A DNA stretch of 63,810 nucleotides, counting the filler, from Choristocarpus tenellus KU-1152 (Eukaryota; Protista; Phaeophyceae), in the NCBI GenBank assembly GCA_964200185.2. It is 11 parts of 11 records of this genome, joined end to end, with 100 filler letters (N's around TTAATTAATTAA, not from the genome) between each part and the next. Parts side by side here need not be neighbours in the genome. Positions count along the whole stretch, not along the records: positions 41,274 to 57,648 come from CAXNAD020000835.1; positions 57,749 to 63,810 come from CAXNAD020009039.1; 9 more parts are not named here. One strand, 5' to 3'. Shown piece after piece: positions 50,001-61,563 of the stretch; within the stretch, counting starts at the first letter, position 1; each line of letters begins with the position of its first letter. The position numbers and the translations under genes were made by a program. A model generated the notes under the pieces. The model was not told the DNA's origin. It saw only the letters and a program-made list of their open reading frames with translations, and ran no database searches.

Positions 50001-53000
50001 ATCCTTAGAAATATGCGCAAATTGCACAATGTTGGAAAAAACTGACTAAAAAATGGAAAACGCCCAGAGCCTGGGTACCCCTCGCTTACTTCGACTCAAC
50101 AATACCTTGGGAGCACCTGTTGGATATTCCTACTACGATACTGTAGGGTTGACCAACACCAAATCTACTCACTTCTTATCCCCTCCGATTTGACTAGCTT
50201 GTGAGCCAAGGTAAACGAGAGGTGCCCAGGTTTTGCCGTTTTCCCATTCTAATTCTGTTTTTCAACCTCCTGCAATTCACCCATATTTATTTCTACGGAT
50301 GGAGTCCTAAGTTTGACTGGAGAGCGCCTGTTTCTCTAATGTTTGAACGTTTTCCATGACATAATTCAGAAAACATCCTATACACATTTGTAATAAAAAA
50401 AATGAATTGTGCGTATGTATTTGTCATCACACCCTTCAAATTGCAACTCTAGGTACCTCTCGTTTATATTTTTTTACTCTGTCATTGTATGATCTATAAT
50501 CGACGGAAATGTTTCCCAGTTAGTACCGGCTCTTTCTTCATTATATTCTTGCCGCATGTTCACTCCACAGTGGTTCTGTCTTGGCCTCCTCCAAGGTCTC
50601 TTCCCAGGCCTGAGACTGTTGAGACTGGGGTACATACAATAGTACTCCAAGTGCTGGAAGTATCTCTGTTGGTGGTGGTGAGACTAAACTGAATGCATGG
50701 GGGTGGATGAAATCCCACTACCTTTGCTTACCCACCAGAGCACTATACTCCGCTCACTTACGGTTGTAAAATATTGACATGCTGTAAAGAAGTTGGACAG
50801 AAGAGGATGCACCGTAATTGGGTCAGACTCCCTCCAAACAAACGTTTATGATGGCATTGGTTGAGTCTATTATGTGCTGAGACTCCTCCAAGGCTTGCGC
50901 TCAGTAAGTGAAAGTATCTTAGAGGGTACAAGTTTTGCCCTGTTGTCCATTCGGGGCTTGGCTTCCAATAGGTTTTATTAGGACATTTTCCTAGTGCGAA
51001 ATGTAACATGGCAGCCAACATTACATCAAAATCGCAACATTGGATTTTTCCCCCAATGGACGCGGATCTACCCTCTAAGATACTTTGGCTCAGTATTCTT
51101 GGTTCTTCCCTGTGGTTCATATGGCGAGACAATAAAAATCGAAATATTGATTTATTATGCAGCGTGTGATAGGCACTTCGTCAATAGCCTAAATGTATTC
51201 ATGGGTATTGAAGGTTTAGGAACGTAGCCAATTTCAACTGTCACATCTCATTGTCTTAGTTCACTTTGATGAGGGTACTTTGTTCGCACGTTACCAATCA
51301 TCGACTGAAACATCTCCTAGAATGTTACTTCAATATCCCTATATTCCAATGTCCCGATTCATCACTAGTCTACCGTTCTACACGCATTATCTTGCTATGT
51401 ACATAACTACTACTTCATGTATACCAATAGCAACAGTCAGTGTGTACAGTACTTCAATGCACTCCTTGCATGCGAACATACTTTGCACACACTCAGAGAG
51501 AGGAATAACCTTTGACAAAACATTACACCACCACTCAAACCCTGATCGAGGACGCTCTACCCATGACAAGGATATACCTGATCAAGAAAGTCAGCACCAG
51601 CTCTAACCCTGAGCTCAGCCTTGTATCGATACAGTCCCGATATCAATAGAAGAGCTTCAGTGATTACCAACCTTAATCTTGACCAGTGATGCCCTGTATG
51701 GATGCATTCTCCGTAGTGACAAAAGAGCCCTAGTGATGTTAACATTAATGTTACACCGACTGAGTCATAAGCCTTGAGCCTTGCTCAAGCCCTAATGATA
51801 ACTAGGGCATGGAGATACATAGCAAATACTCTATCACAACTTGACTACTAGCCTGGCCTCTCTGCTCCAAACGTTTTCCATTGTAGGCACCCTAATACCA
51901 CTAATCCTGAACCTGGCAAAGACCAACGTTCTCATTTCTGACTGCAAGATTGACCATAAATGCATGCCAATATCTTGAACCCCATATAAACAGCTAGCGA
52001 CCGCTGATGAGGCGACGAAGACCCTACAGAAGACCATTGTGACACTTGCAAGAGGGCACGGGGAGTCAATAGCCCAGGAGGACAAGATAAAGGCGCAGGA
52101 GAAGAAGCTGCTAAAGGAGAGGTTAGTATGTGTGCAACAGAACTAGTCTAGTCAAGTGATGAATGCACTGGTTAGGGTGTTAGCAGGTTAGCGGGAGAAG
52201 AGAACATCTCAAGATGAGGTTTCGATCACAGGGGCTACCGCGGATTCAACCAAGCAGCAGTAGGTAGTTCTCACTGAACTACGGAGTATGCGCATTGTGA
52301 TATCAATCTTTTCTATTGCATTGAAGGGTTTTCAATTCGGATGATGTAACAGCGAAGGCCGTCGTAAGGTTCCGGGTGATCTTTTTTATGACCATCCTTT
52401 GAGGCAATGCGTTGGTTGGTCGTACAAGGAACTGATGATGATAGTGTCTTGTTTTGTACACTCTATGCGCGCATGCGCACCGCCGCCGTGCCCAGAACAA
52501 TCAAACGCAAAAACCCGCCTCGTGGGCCTGCTGTACACAGGCAGCATCATCGTAAAATAACGGCGACGTCCTCGGGTCCTTGGCCTTTTCCTATTTTTTC
52601 TTGGTCTAGTTTTTTTCCACCACCATCTCATGCCGCGGACGATAGAAAAAACAAACAAACAAACAAACTTTTCTCACCCTCTACCCTAACCCTAACCCTA
52701 ACCCTAACCCTAACCCTAACCCTAACCCTACCAAACTCAAACCGCGGTCTGAAGGAGGAAGGTGAGGGCGCTGGAAATTGACAATTTGGATTTGCAGCAA
52801 CAGGTTAGGACCCTCTGTGGGCGTGGGGCTGACCCCAGACAACCCTACAGAGAGGGTGAACAAGCCTACAACGGACTCTATCGGAATGATATGCCTTCGA
52901 AGAGGAGGATGGAGTTTTCACCATTCTTGCGCCAAGGGTATGTCCAATCGTATTGTGTGCGGAATTGTTTTGGGAGGGGGCTAGGAGTGTCGGTCACTTC

Positions 53001-56000
53001 CACCACGAGGGTGCCATCAAACAGTGTGACCTTCCCTCTGGTCCCTCAGCCCATCCCCGTTGTAGAACTCCGTATCCAATTCCATCCTTACCACTCTTTT
53101 AATTTGCAGAAATAATAGCAAAGGAGAAAGAGAGGCGGGAGGTGAGGAGGCTTTGTGTGTGTGTGTGTGTGTATGAGAGAGAGAGAGAGAGAGAAAGAGA
53201 GAGGGCCTTTTCACCACTTGATATTCTTGAACAGGATTGGTCGGATGTGGGGACTCCAGGCATAAAATATCCGCAACAGCTTCAACGATAATCTCACTCT
53301 TCCAATTCCTTTCGGATCAATATCGAAACAACGATCTCACCAATTACGAGCCATTGCCGTCACATGCCGTCTCTTCATGTTTCATCTTTTTTTTGTCACT
53401 TTCTAAAGCATGGAAGGCGGGACGGCCAGAAGCCGCAGGGAGGCCAGAAGGGATGGGATGGTGGAGGACAGGCTAGGGGCAGTGGACGAAACGAAGGAGG
53501 AGGAGGGACGCCGGGCAACCAGAAAGGGTCCTAGATCAAGGACGCATCTTTCGCAGGTGACGCTGTTCCTCTGCGGCATGGACAACTCTAACCCTAAGCT
53601 CACCTGTTCGATTGAGCTGGAGTTGTGTATTGGCCTGATGCTCAGCGGTTTTAACTGCGCCAACTATTCTTCCGCTTTTTTCTCCTTCCAAAGAACTACA
53701 CGTTTCCCTACTGCACCCCCCCCCTCCTTAGCGATCCACCGATCTCTTAGAGCTCTTGACTTCCCCTAATGACTATTGCTCACCCCCATGAATGACCCAC
53801 ACTAGCTCCAAAGAGAGGTGATGCGGTTTGACTTGGTGACGCCCATGGGCATTAACAAATGCATGCTGGAGACTTTGGGGGGAGGAGCAGCGGGCTCTGG
53901 ACCACAGGTTAGAACTTGGTGTGCATATTGTATTGCCGTCCAAAGGAAATAGCCAGTGTGGGAGGCCTTTCCAACACCTTTTCACAGAAATGACGATTCT
54001 TTGTCTGTGACGGTTCCCACTGTCAAGATATGTTGCCCTTGGCGAAGCCTAATCGTTTGTTGAATATGCTGTACTTGTAGGGTTAGGGTTAGCTGGCTCC
54101 TGCTGCAGGGTTTTCCCAGGAGAGTTGCAGATGTCACACAGTGATCTCTTTTGCGTCACAATCAGTTCCAGAGATGAAAAGAAATCACATTCTAAACAGT
54201 GTTTAAAATATATCAAAGTCGTTTTTCAACGAAAAAATAGTCATCTCTGTACATGTTGAGCAAGAAAAAAATGTTTGTAAAAGAAAAAAGAAGAGGCATA
54301 TACGGATGGATATAAGCCCAAAACCTAACTGGGATAAGACACCAGTGGAATGCTTGTTCCATTTCTAGGCCTGAGAAGTATTGATCGTTGAGTAATCTAA
54401 TGATCGGTACACCGTATGTGAACTGTGACCGATTGCCTGACAGTGCGTCTTATTCTATCTTTTTATCTAGTGATTTTTAGAGATTTTTAGAGACTTTTAG
54501 AGATTCTTCAAGTATTGAGTCAAAGCATTTAAGCACGTAGGTAGCCGTTCGGAGACATAAATCCGATGTTGCGATTTTGACGTAATTTTGGCTATCGTAT
54601 TTGTTAGCAAGTGTCAATACCCTTGCTTCGGATACACCTTTCATAGTCGTATACACTTTAGGTAACTGTGTTCTCACAGAAAACCGAAAAGGGGCATAAA
54701 AAAACCGTGGGAAGCCAAGCCCCGAATGGACAAACAGGGCAAAACCTCCTGCCCTCTTAAATGGATTGATTCATCCTCTCGAGACAAATTGGATGTAATA
54801 GTACAAGAAATAACAATACTGTCCGTAGGACCTCCAAAGGAGGAAATGTAGCAGTGCAAGCACTCAGTAGCATTCGGTTAGCCCAGTTTGTGGATGCTGG
54901 CTGGGATTTACAGAACTAACTGCTCAACTCCTCATTGCCCACGATGTACTTACAAGTGCAACATATGTCTTGAGGTGGTTTTCATTATTTCAGTATGAGC
55001 ATGACTGTGGGTTTCTCGCCCTTTCCTGCTTGGCAAAGGCAAAGACAAAGCAAGATGTCACAGTTGTAACCAACATATCATTTTGAAGCTTATGCCATAT
55101 TCGGAGTGCATAATGTGCCGTACAATTTCTTTCGCAACCCCTTTCCTTGCCCTCCTCTCAACAATCTACCCTAGGGCGGGTTTGGGGACATCACGTTTTT
55201 CCAGCCGACAAAAGTCCTCCGTGAAAAGAGATTGGGCATTTCGGGCATAAAATTTGCACTCAAGACAACAAAGGTGAGCAGGAACTTAGGCACTCTCTTG
55301 GTTGAGCACTAAACCAATGCAAGGAGGTGGGGAGTTAGTTGCATTGCTTGTTGTTTGTCACTCAGGGGCTCCCCTCATTTGATGTCTGAGTGAAATTATC
55401 TTAGAGGGTACGAGTTTTGATCTGTTTGTCCATTTGGGGCTTGGCTTCCCTCGGGGATTTGATGACATTTTCCTACTCCAAAATGTTTTGTAGTAGGAAA
55501 ATGTATAGATTATGAGAAGGTGTGTCCGGAACAAGGATACTGACACTTCCTAACAAACACAACAGCCAAAATTTCATCAAAATCGCAACATTGGAGTTTG
55601 ACCCACAAACGGACACGACCCTACCCTCTAAGATACTTTGACTCAATTCAGACCAACAAGTGGTCACAATAGACACATTCTTTCCAGCGCTAGGTGATAG
55701 CTAATCAAAACTCTTCTGCCATTGAGTTTGAGGAAACAGATCATTGGTGGCATGAACTACAGCAGCACGGCAGCATCACCCATTAGATCGATATGCAGGC
55801 ATTATGCTACTCTTCTAGAGCGGAGATGTTGAAATTCAAGAAGCCGTTCTCAACTTAGCCAATTCTAGCTCTTGTATATTGGGAGAATATCATTGGCATT
55901 CCTTAGCACATCGTTGGGGGGGTGACACATGGGAGGTAGAGATCATGGAGTACACAGCAAGAAGAATTGTACTACACTTCAAAGCACTTGATCAAAAAGC

Positions 56001-57432
56001 AGTCCAGAATATTCTGAGGGTGTTTCATGACTGATTCCCCCTCTACCGACCATCCAAAAAGAGGAAGCTGACCCGTGACTTGAGGAAGACTCGTTTTCTG
56101 TGGCACCTTGTGTTGTTACTAGAATTACTCCTTCACCGAGCATCTTGGTGCATGCAATGGCACAAACAAAGCAATCACAAGGAGTTACTTGGTCAACATT
56201 GCTTGCCAGACACTTCAATCCCTAGGCTTGTGTCTGGTTCTGAAGTTTTGTTGCTAAACAGCCCTGAAGATCATTCCAAATAGTTTCTCAAAGTGCCACA
56301 CATTAACGTTGATAAATGATGTTCACGTTCATGGTGTATGCACGACCTTTTGGTTTAGTCTACACTCGAGAGACATTGCATGCAAGCCCGTCCATCTTTG
56401 TGTGAAAACCTCTTGGATCAGTGTTGCCGCTCCTCCCACAAAATGAGTCGAGATAAACGAGAGGTACCCAGACTTGCAATTTGAGGATGTTAACAAAATA
56501 TATACAAAACTCGACTTCTTTCTACAAATGTGTAAAGGATATTTTCTGAATTGTGGCAGGAAAGTTTCAAACAATACAGAAATAAACACTCTCAGGTCAA
56601 AATTAGCACTTCATCCATAAGCCAAAGTAACGAGAGGTACTCAGGGTTTGGCTTTTACCTCACTTTAAGTCTCTCTTCAATCTCTTGCAATTCACCCATA
56701 TTTCTATGGATGAAGTTCTGAGTTTGACTTGAGAGCGTTTATTTCTCTATTGCCTAACACTTTCCAGCACAATTCGGAAATATCCTACACTCATTCGTAA
56801 AAAAAAGAGTAATATTTTGTACGTATTTGTCAGCAACCTAATATTGCAACTCTGGGTACCTCTCGTTTACTTTGACTCCTTGAAAATACATGTGAATAAT
56901 TGAAACAGATTGAAAAACGGCCAAAGACGGAGTGTCTATCATTTACTTTGGCTCGACAACGTTTGTTTGCGCCACGTGCCTCTCACCTTTCATTTCTGTG
57001 TTTACCACCACACCGTGATGCTAACACCACCTTCGAAGAGGTACAGACCCCCAACAAACACTGCCTGGCTACCTAGCTGGGCTCATGAAACATCTCATCT
57101 AAGATGTGGGATCTTTCAAGTGCCCCAGTTGTGGTTTTTGAGGAAACTTAATCCTCACCCCAGCTCACCCACAAACCTCCCCCGTTGAACACTTGTGTGT
57201 GCCCCTAGAAATTTCCGACTGCAGTGTGGGTGGGAAACAATGAGGTTCGAATTCTCAAGGATCTGTACGAGCTTGGTGGATGGAAGCATGGCCACACCGT
57301 CCAGTTCCTGGGAGGGCAGGAAGGGTCTGGAGGAGACGGGGTCCCACCCCAAATACTCATGGTAAAGGAGGAGGGAATGGTATCCGACCTGATAAAGGCA
57401 GCTGGTTCAATGGCCTGCAATGACATCTTGAG
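47075..57432 (+). CDS. Multi-exon coiled-coil protein of unknown function, partial (exons 47075-47251, 51994-52121, 52755-52937, 53409-53556, 57209-57432)
   Basis: All joins phase-compatible; continuous heptad-like ANELQNAKHK|LATADEATKTLQK...KLLKER|RKVRALEIDNLDLQQQVRTL. Confidence 0.65.
48632..49440. mobile_element. MITE family C host with nested B (48870-49391) and A (49033-49217)
   Basis: Outer TIR GAGCCAAAGTAAACGAGAGGTACC...GGTACCCTCTCGTTACCTTTGACT; two inner TIR pairs; AGG TSD around A. Confidence 0.85.
49820..50097. mobile_element. MITE family C
   Basis: GGGTCAAAGTAAGCTAGAGGTACC...GGTACCCCTCGCTTACTTCGACTC. Confidence 0.8.
50203..50479. mobile_element. MITE family C (opposite orientation to 49820)
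   Basis: GAGCCAAGGTAAACGAGAGGT...GGTACCTCTCGTTTA. Confidence 0.8.
50906..51091. mobile_element. MITE family B (internally deleted)
   Basis: AAAGTATCTTAGAGGGTA...TACCCTCTAAGATACTTTGGCTC. Confidence 0.85.
52682..52732. repeat. Interstitial telomeric repeat (CCCTAA, about 8 copies)
   Basis: Perfect hexamer run. Confidence 0.95.
53155..53203. repeat. (GT)n(GA)n microsatellite
   Basis: Direct inspection. Confidence 0.9.
54517..54762. mobile_element. MITE family B variant
   Basis: GAGTCAAAGCATTTAAG start; internal match to the 48870 copy. Confidence 0.75.
55388..55644. mobile_element. MITE family B
   Basis: GAGTGAAATTATCTTAGAGGGTA...TACCCTCTAAGATACTTTGACTC. Confidence 0.88.
56445..56878. mobile_element. 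Two abutting MITE family C copies (partial + full, inverted)
   Basis: AAACGAGAGGTAC at about 56455 and 56628; closing GGTACCTCTCGTTTACTTTGACTC. Confidence 0.8.
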
Positions 57433-57648
57433 GCAAGTAAACAAAATGTTAACATAGATACAGGTACTTCCTGCTGCAGAGTGTAGCATAAGTATGGTCT
57501 CCCTACGCCCGCCACACTTCCTTGACTTGACGTAAGACTCTATGAAATGATTTTTGTCTCTGTTCTTGATGCCCCATGTGAGTGTGAGAGTATCTTAGAG
57601 GGTACGATTTTTGCCCTGTTTGTCCATTTGGGGCTTGGCTTCCCACAG

Positions 57649-57748
57649 NNNNNNNNNNNNNNNNNNNNNNNNNNNNNNNNNNNNNNNNNNNNTTAATTAA
57701 TTAANNNNNNNNNNNNNNNNNNNNNNNNNNNNNNNNNNNNNNNNNNNN
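57649..57748. other. Artificial contig linker
   Basis: N-TTAATTAATTAA-N. Confidence 0.98.
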
Positions 57749-57976
57749 ACTTGTCAGAACTCGAGAAACAATCTTCACACTGTATGTCTATTACAAATGT
57801 TCGTATTTCCTAACACATAAGGAGAAAATGCTCGCGCTATTCGTGTGTAACAAATGCTCAAACTTTGTTGAAATATAAGAAGAAACGCTCACGCTATTCG
57901 CCTGTAACAGTTACGTTAGAAAAATAAAATCTGAGAGCGAAATCCGACTTTTGTCTCCCTTTTCTGTGCCACCTAA

Positions 57977-58190
57977 TAGTCAAAGTTAATGAGAGGTACC
58001 CAGAGTTGCATTTTATGGATGCTGACAAATACATGTTTTTTTTACAAAAGCGTTTAGGACATCTTATATATTGTACTCGAAAAGTATCAAACAACAGATA
58101 AATAAAAGCTCTCAGGTCAACGTACAACTTCATCCAGAGAAATATGAGTGAATTGCAAAAGATTGAACAACAGATAAAAGAAGCAAATCA
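57977..58190. mobile_element. MITE family C, partial
   Basis: GTCAAAGTTAATGAGAGGTACCCAG plus internal match. Confidence 0.7.
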
Positions 58191-59634
58191 ATTAGCAGTC
58201 ACAAGAGATGCCTCCCCAATGCAGTATTCTGACCGCCTGGAAAAATATTTGAACTGATGCTGAACGGAGAAAGTAGTAGTCCATTGCGGATGAGAGGGAG
58301 AGCGTGACGGCATTAAACGATCCAACACATAAAAGTCAAAATCGATTATCACACAGCACAGAGCAAGCAAGCCCTGCTCCCTCCCTCATCCCTCACACAA
58401 GTCACCTAACATAAGCAACAAACATCAATAAACGGAGAAAATGCAATCCCCAAGAACTGGCGAAAGTATCTACGAAAACACGTCCTCCCTGGGCCACTTA
58501 ACACTCTTCGTACGGTACAGATGTTAGATATTTTAGGGCGTGCTTTGCCGTCTTCTCGTATTGATTCAAAGTTTCCTCCACCCCTACCTCGTATGTACCT
58601 CTTCCACTTCCCATATGCACCCCCTCACCAACCGGAAAGAAAGGTCGAAAGCCTTAGTGATTAATATGAGCGACTGGTCATCCTTTTCTCATATGAGAAC
58701 ATTACATGGTCTGAAATCAAGGGCGCAGTATAAAAAGCTCCTTGTAGTCCGAGCGATGACAGGGTTATTTGGGCTCAGCTCAGGTCTCAAAAACTGATAC
58801 ATCTTTGAAAGATGGCATACTAAAACGTGAGGTGGAGGGGCTCATGCTCAGGCCTCAGATGCATGGCATCCTTAGAATAACCCCAAAATCCAGGATGAGG
58901 TCCATATGGATTGGTGGCAGCGAACCGGGAGGCTCTACTGGGGAATGTAGGAACTCAATGACGGTAAGGAAGTTGAGCGGCCCGGAGTAAATACCCTCCT
59001 TTCGGAAGTTGTAAACTACGGCTCGTATCTTTCACGACCACTGATGTTCGTATTTAGTGCTCTACAGACTTGTCGAAATTACTAACAAGTAACACACACA
59101 TGGTTTCTTTTATTCTACAAAGTAGAAAATGGAAGCATTAGATAAGCGGTGGAATAAAGTACGAGTTTCACATGAAACCAATACTTTCCAGAAGACATGG
59201 TTCCAGTGTTCCAGAGGACAGTCTGAGAACAGTCTTCTAATCTAGGCTTGGCAACTAAAAATAATCTTGTAAGATCGAGACGTTTGGACTTCTGGAAGTA
59301 GGGTCGTTCTAGAAGACTGTCAGTGGGAGTAGAAGTAGAGAACTCTACCGACTTCCAATCTCGACCCAGGAATCCAGTCTACTAGAGAGAGACTATTGCA
59401 GAAGTAGTGGAGGTCGTGTGGGCGAATGAGATAATAATATTAATAATAATATTACTTGAAAACCAACAATCTTCTAGGACACGCCTGTGACTGTCAGAGT
59501 TTATCTCAATGGTCAAAGGAGGAAGCCATGTCAGCGTCCACGGACAATCTGAACATAGACAAGCAGGTCACCTCTTGTACAAGGTTTCACTTTCATGCTT
59601 GAGTCCTTGACGTATAGCCGAAGTCACTGACTTA

Positions 59635-59808
59635 CTCCAACACGCCCCCGAAGCGTAAGAAACACAGCTCTAGACATTCCCTGGTATGGAGAGTGATACG
59701 AAGATTGCAGCCCTCGTCTGTAGACTGAAGCATCACGTTCCTCGCGTATTTCTCTTGCCATAAGCTCCATATCGCTTCCCATTGGGGAAATCTCGTTTGC
59801 GAAGTGCC
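59635..59808 (-). CDS. Possible internal exon of an unknown gene
   Basis: TAG|...|GTAAGT bounded, CpG-rich, open frames. Confidence 0.3.
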
Positions 59809-59971
59809 CCTACCCAAAGAACTCACGTTCAGTTGAGGGATAGATTACAGCGATATGGCGTCTAAAAACTGAAACAAGAGACAGCGAACTTCCTCTTGCA
59901 TACTACAAAGAGGGAGGCAGAATGCCCTGGGGTGATAGAGGCAAAGTCTACTCCCATCGAAGAAGCGACAA

Positions 59972-60149
59972 GACCCAAAATATCTTGGAGGGGGGGAGGG
60001 TCTACACCAAGGTGTCCATTTGGGCCATAACTAGGGAAAGTGCACTTACATTATCCATCCGACGCATGCAACCAAATCACCCAAAATTTGCGACATCAAC
60101 AAATCATCCCAAATGGACAGCCACCACCCCCTCCCAGATACTTCGAGCC
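59972..60149. mobile_element. MITE family A
   Basis: GACCCAAAATATCT...AGATACTTCGAGCC. Confidence 0.85.
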
Positions 60150-61563
60150 GCAAGTCGACCAAGTCCTTGCTCAATTCTTCGTAACCTTTTCGCTGCAAAT
60201 CCAGCATCTCATATGACCATTTCACTCCATTCATTGCTATGAAGCATGGTAGCTGGATGTCTATACTTCCCTGCTCTTACTCACTACTTGTCCTTCAGCA
60301 ATTCTGCTATGGGAATTTTAAAATACCACCATGATACCGCCCTACTGGGTCAAAGTATCTGGAGGGGGGGGGGTATCAGCGTCAGTTTTTCACCATTTTT
60401 TCGATTTTCACTTTTTTGTTGTGGTTTGGTCACACGTGTCGGATTTGAAATGTCAGCAAAAAAAAGAGTTTGACCGAAACCTAAACCACCTAAAGGTTGG
60501 TAAAAAACTAAATAATAAAAAAATAGCCAGGAAGTACAATTATATCAAATCTAGGACTTCAAGGTCATAATGGTGTTCATGAAACCGCCATCAAGACATA
60601 TCGCCTGTGTAACAAAACTTCTGGCGGCACATCTAAGATTGATATTATGGATGTTACAACATAAAAATAGTACATTTTGTGATAACCACCTTCCGACCAA
60701 GGTATACCTTTAAATTGACATTTCTTGAGAAGATATACATGGAGATTTCGTGCCTCATATGAAATCAGCATTTGGTTCAAGTATTTGGAGGTCTTCAATT
60801 GGTCTCACAATTTGATCTTATTATGTCCGTTAGACGAGTGTGTTAGGATCGACAAGTGTTACATCTATATCTTGGAGTAGTATAGTAGTTTTGATTTTGT
60901 TTTTACGCGCACACATCTACAAAGAGTCGACGTAGGAAAAGACACATTCTAAGAATCCCCAAGAAACAGCCAGAACACATGTTCTTGTACAATTCCAGAA
61001 AAATGTTCGAAAATATTGTGGTGACAACATTATACAAAAAATATATGTATTATTGTTTTTAGGAATATTTCCTCACTTCTAGTCTGGAAACTTCTCCGCA
61101 CCTCCGCCCTACCTTCACATCTGGTCAGATATCAGTAGATATTCGACTATTATATTTCAAACTTGAGGAATATTATTTACTTAGCAACAAATTATTTCTA
61201 CGGAGAGAATTCTGGGGGTTCATAATCATTCTAAAGTCCACCATTACTCAATGTTGTGGTGGTACCTTTTGATTGGAAGGACGATTTTAAACCAATCGAA
61301 CAACCCCACCATAGAAGTTTCGATCCTACTTGTCGACCACCCTCTCTCCCTCGTTCTGCTCGAGCCTTGCCTTCAGATCACAAACCCATACCACTCCATA
61401 CCTAGCCCTTGTTCTCCCCCTCCTCGTTCTTTTTCTCACAAATAGCCTAACGTCCCCGCATTTCAGCATTCTCAATCCACGGACACCATCGATCCTCGCA
61501 TAAGCTATCAATACCGGACGCACTAGACAGTGATTGCTCCTTGTTATCCATTCGCACAAGATC

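Noticed and set aside
52000-52445. CTGATGA hammerhead ribozyme cores
   Set aside because: No stem II/GAAA geometry; the first lies in a predicted exon
52682-52732. True chromosome end
   Set aside because: Short array, internal to a contig and flanked by predicted exons
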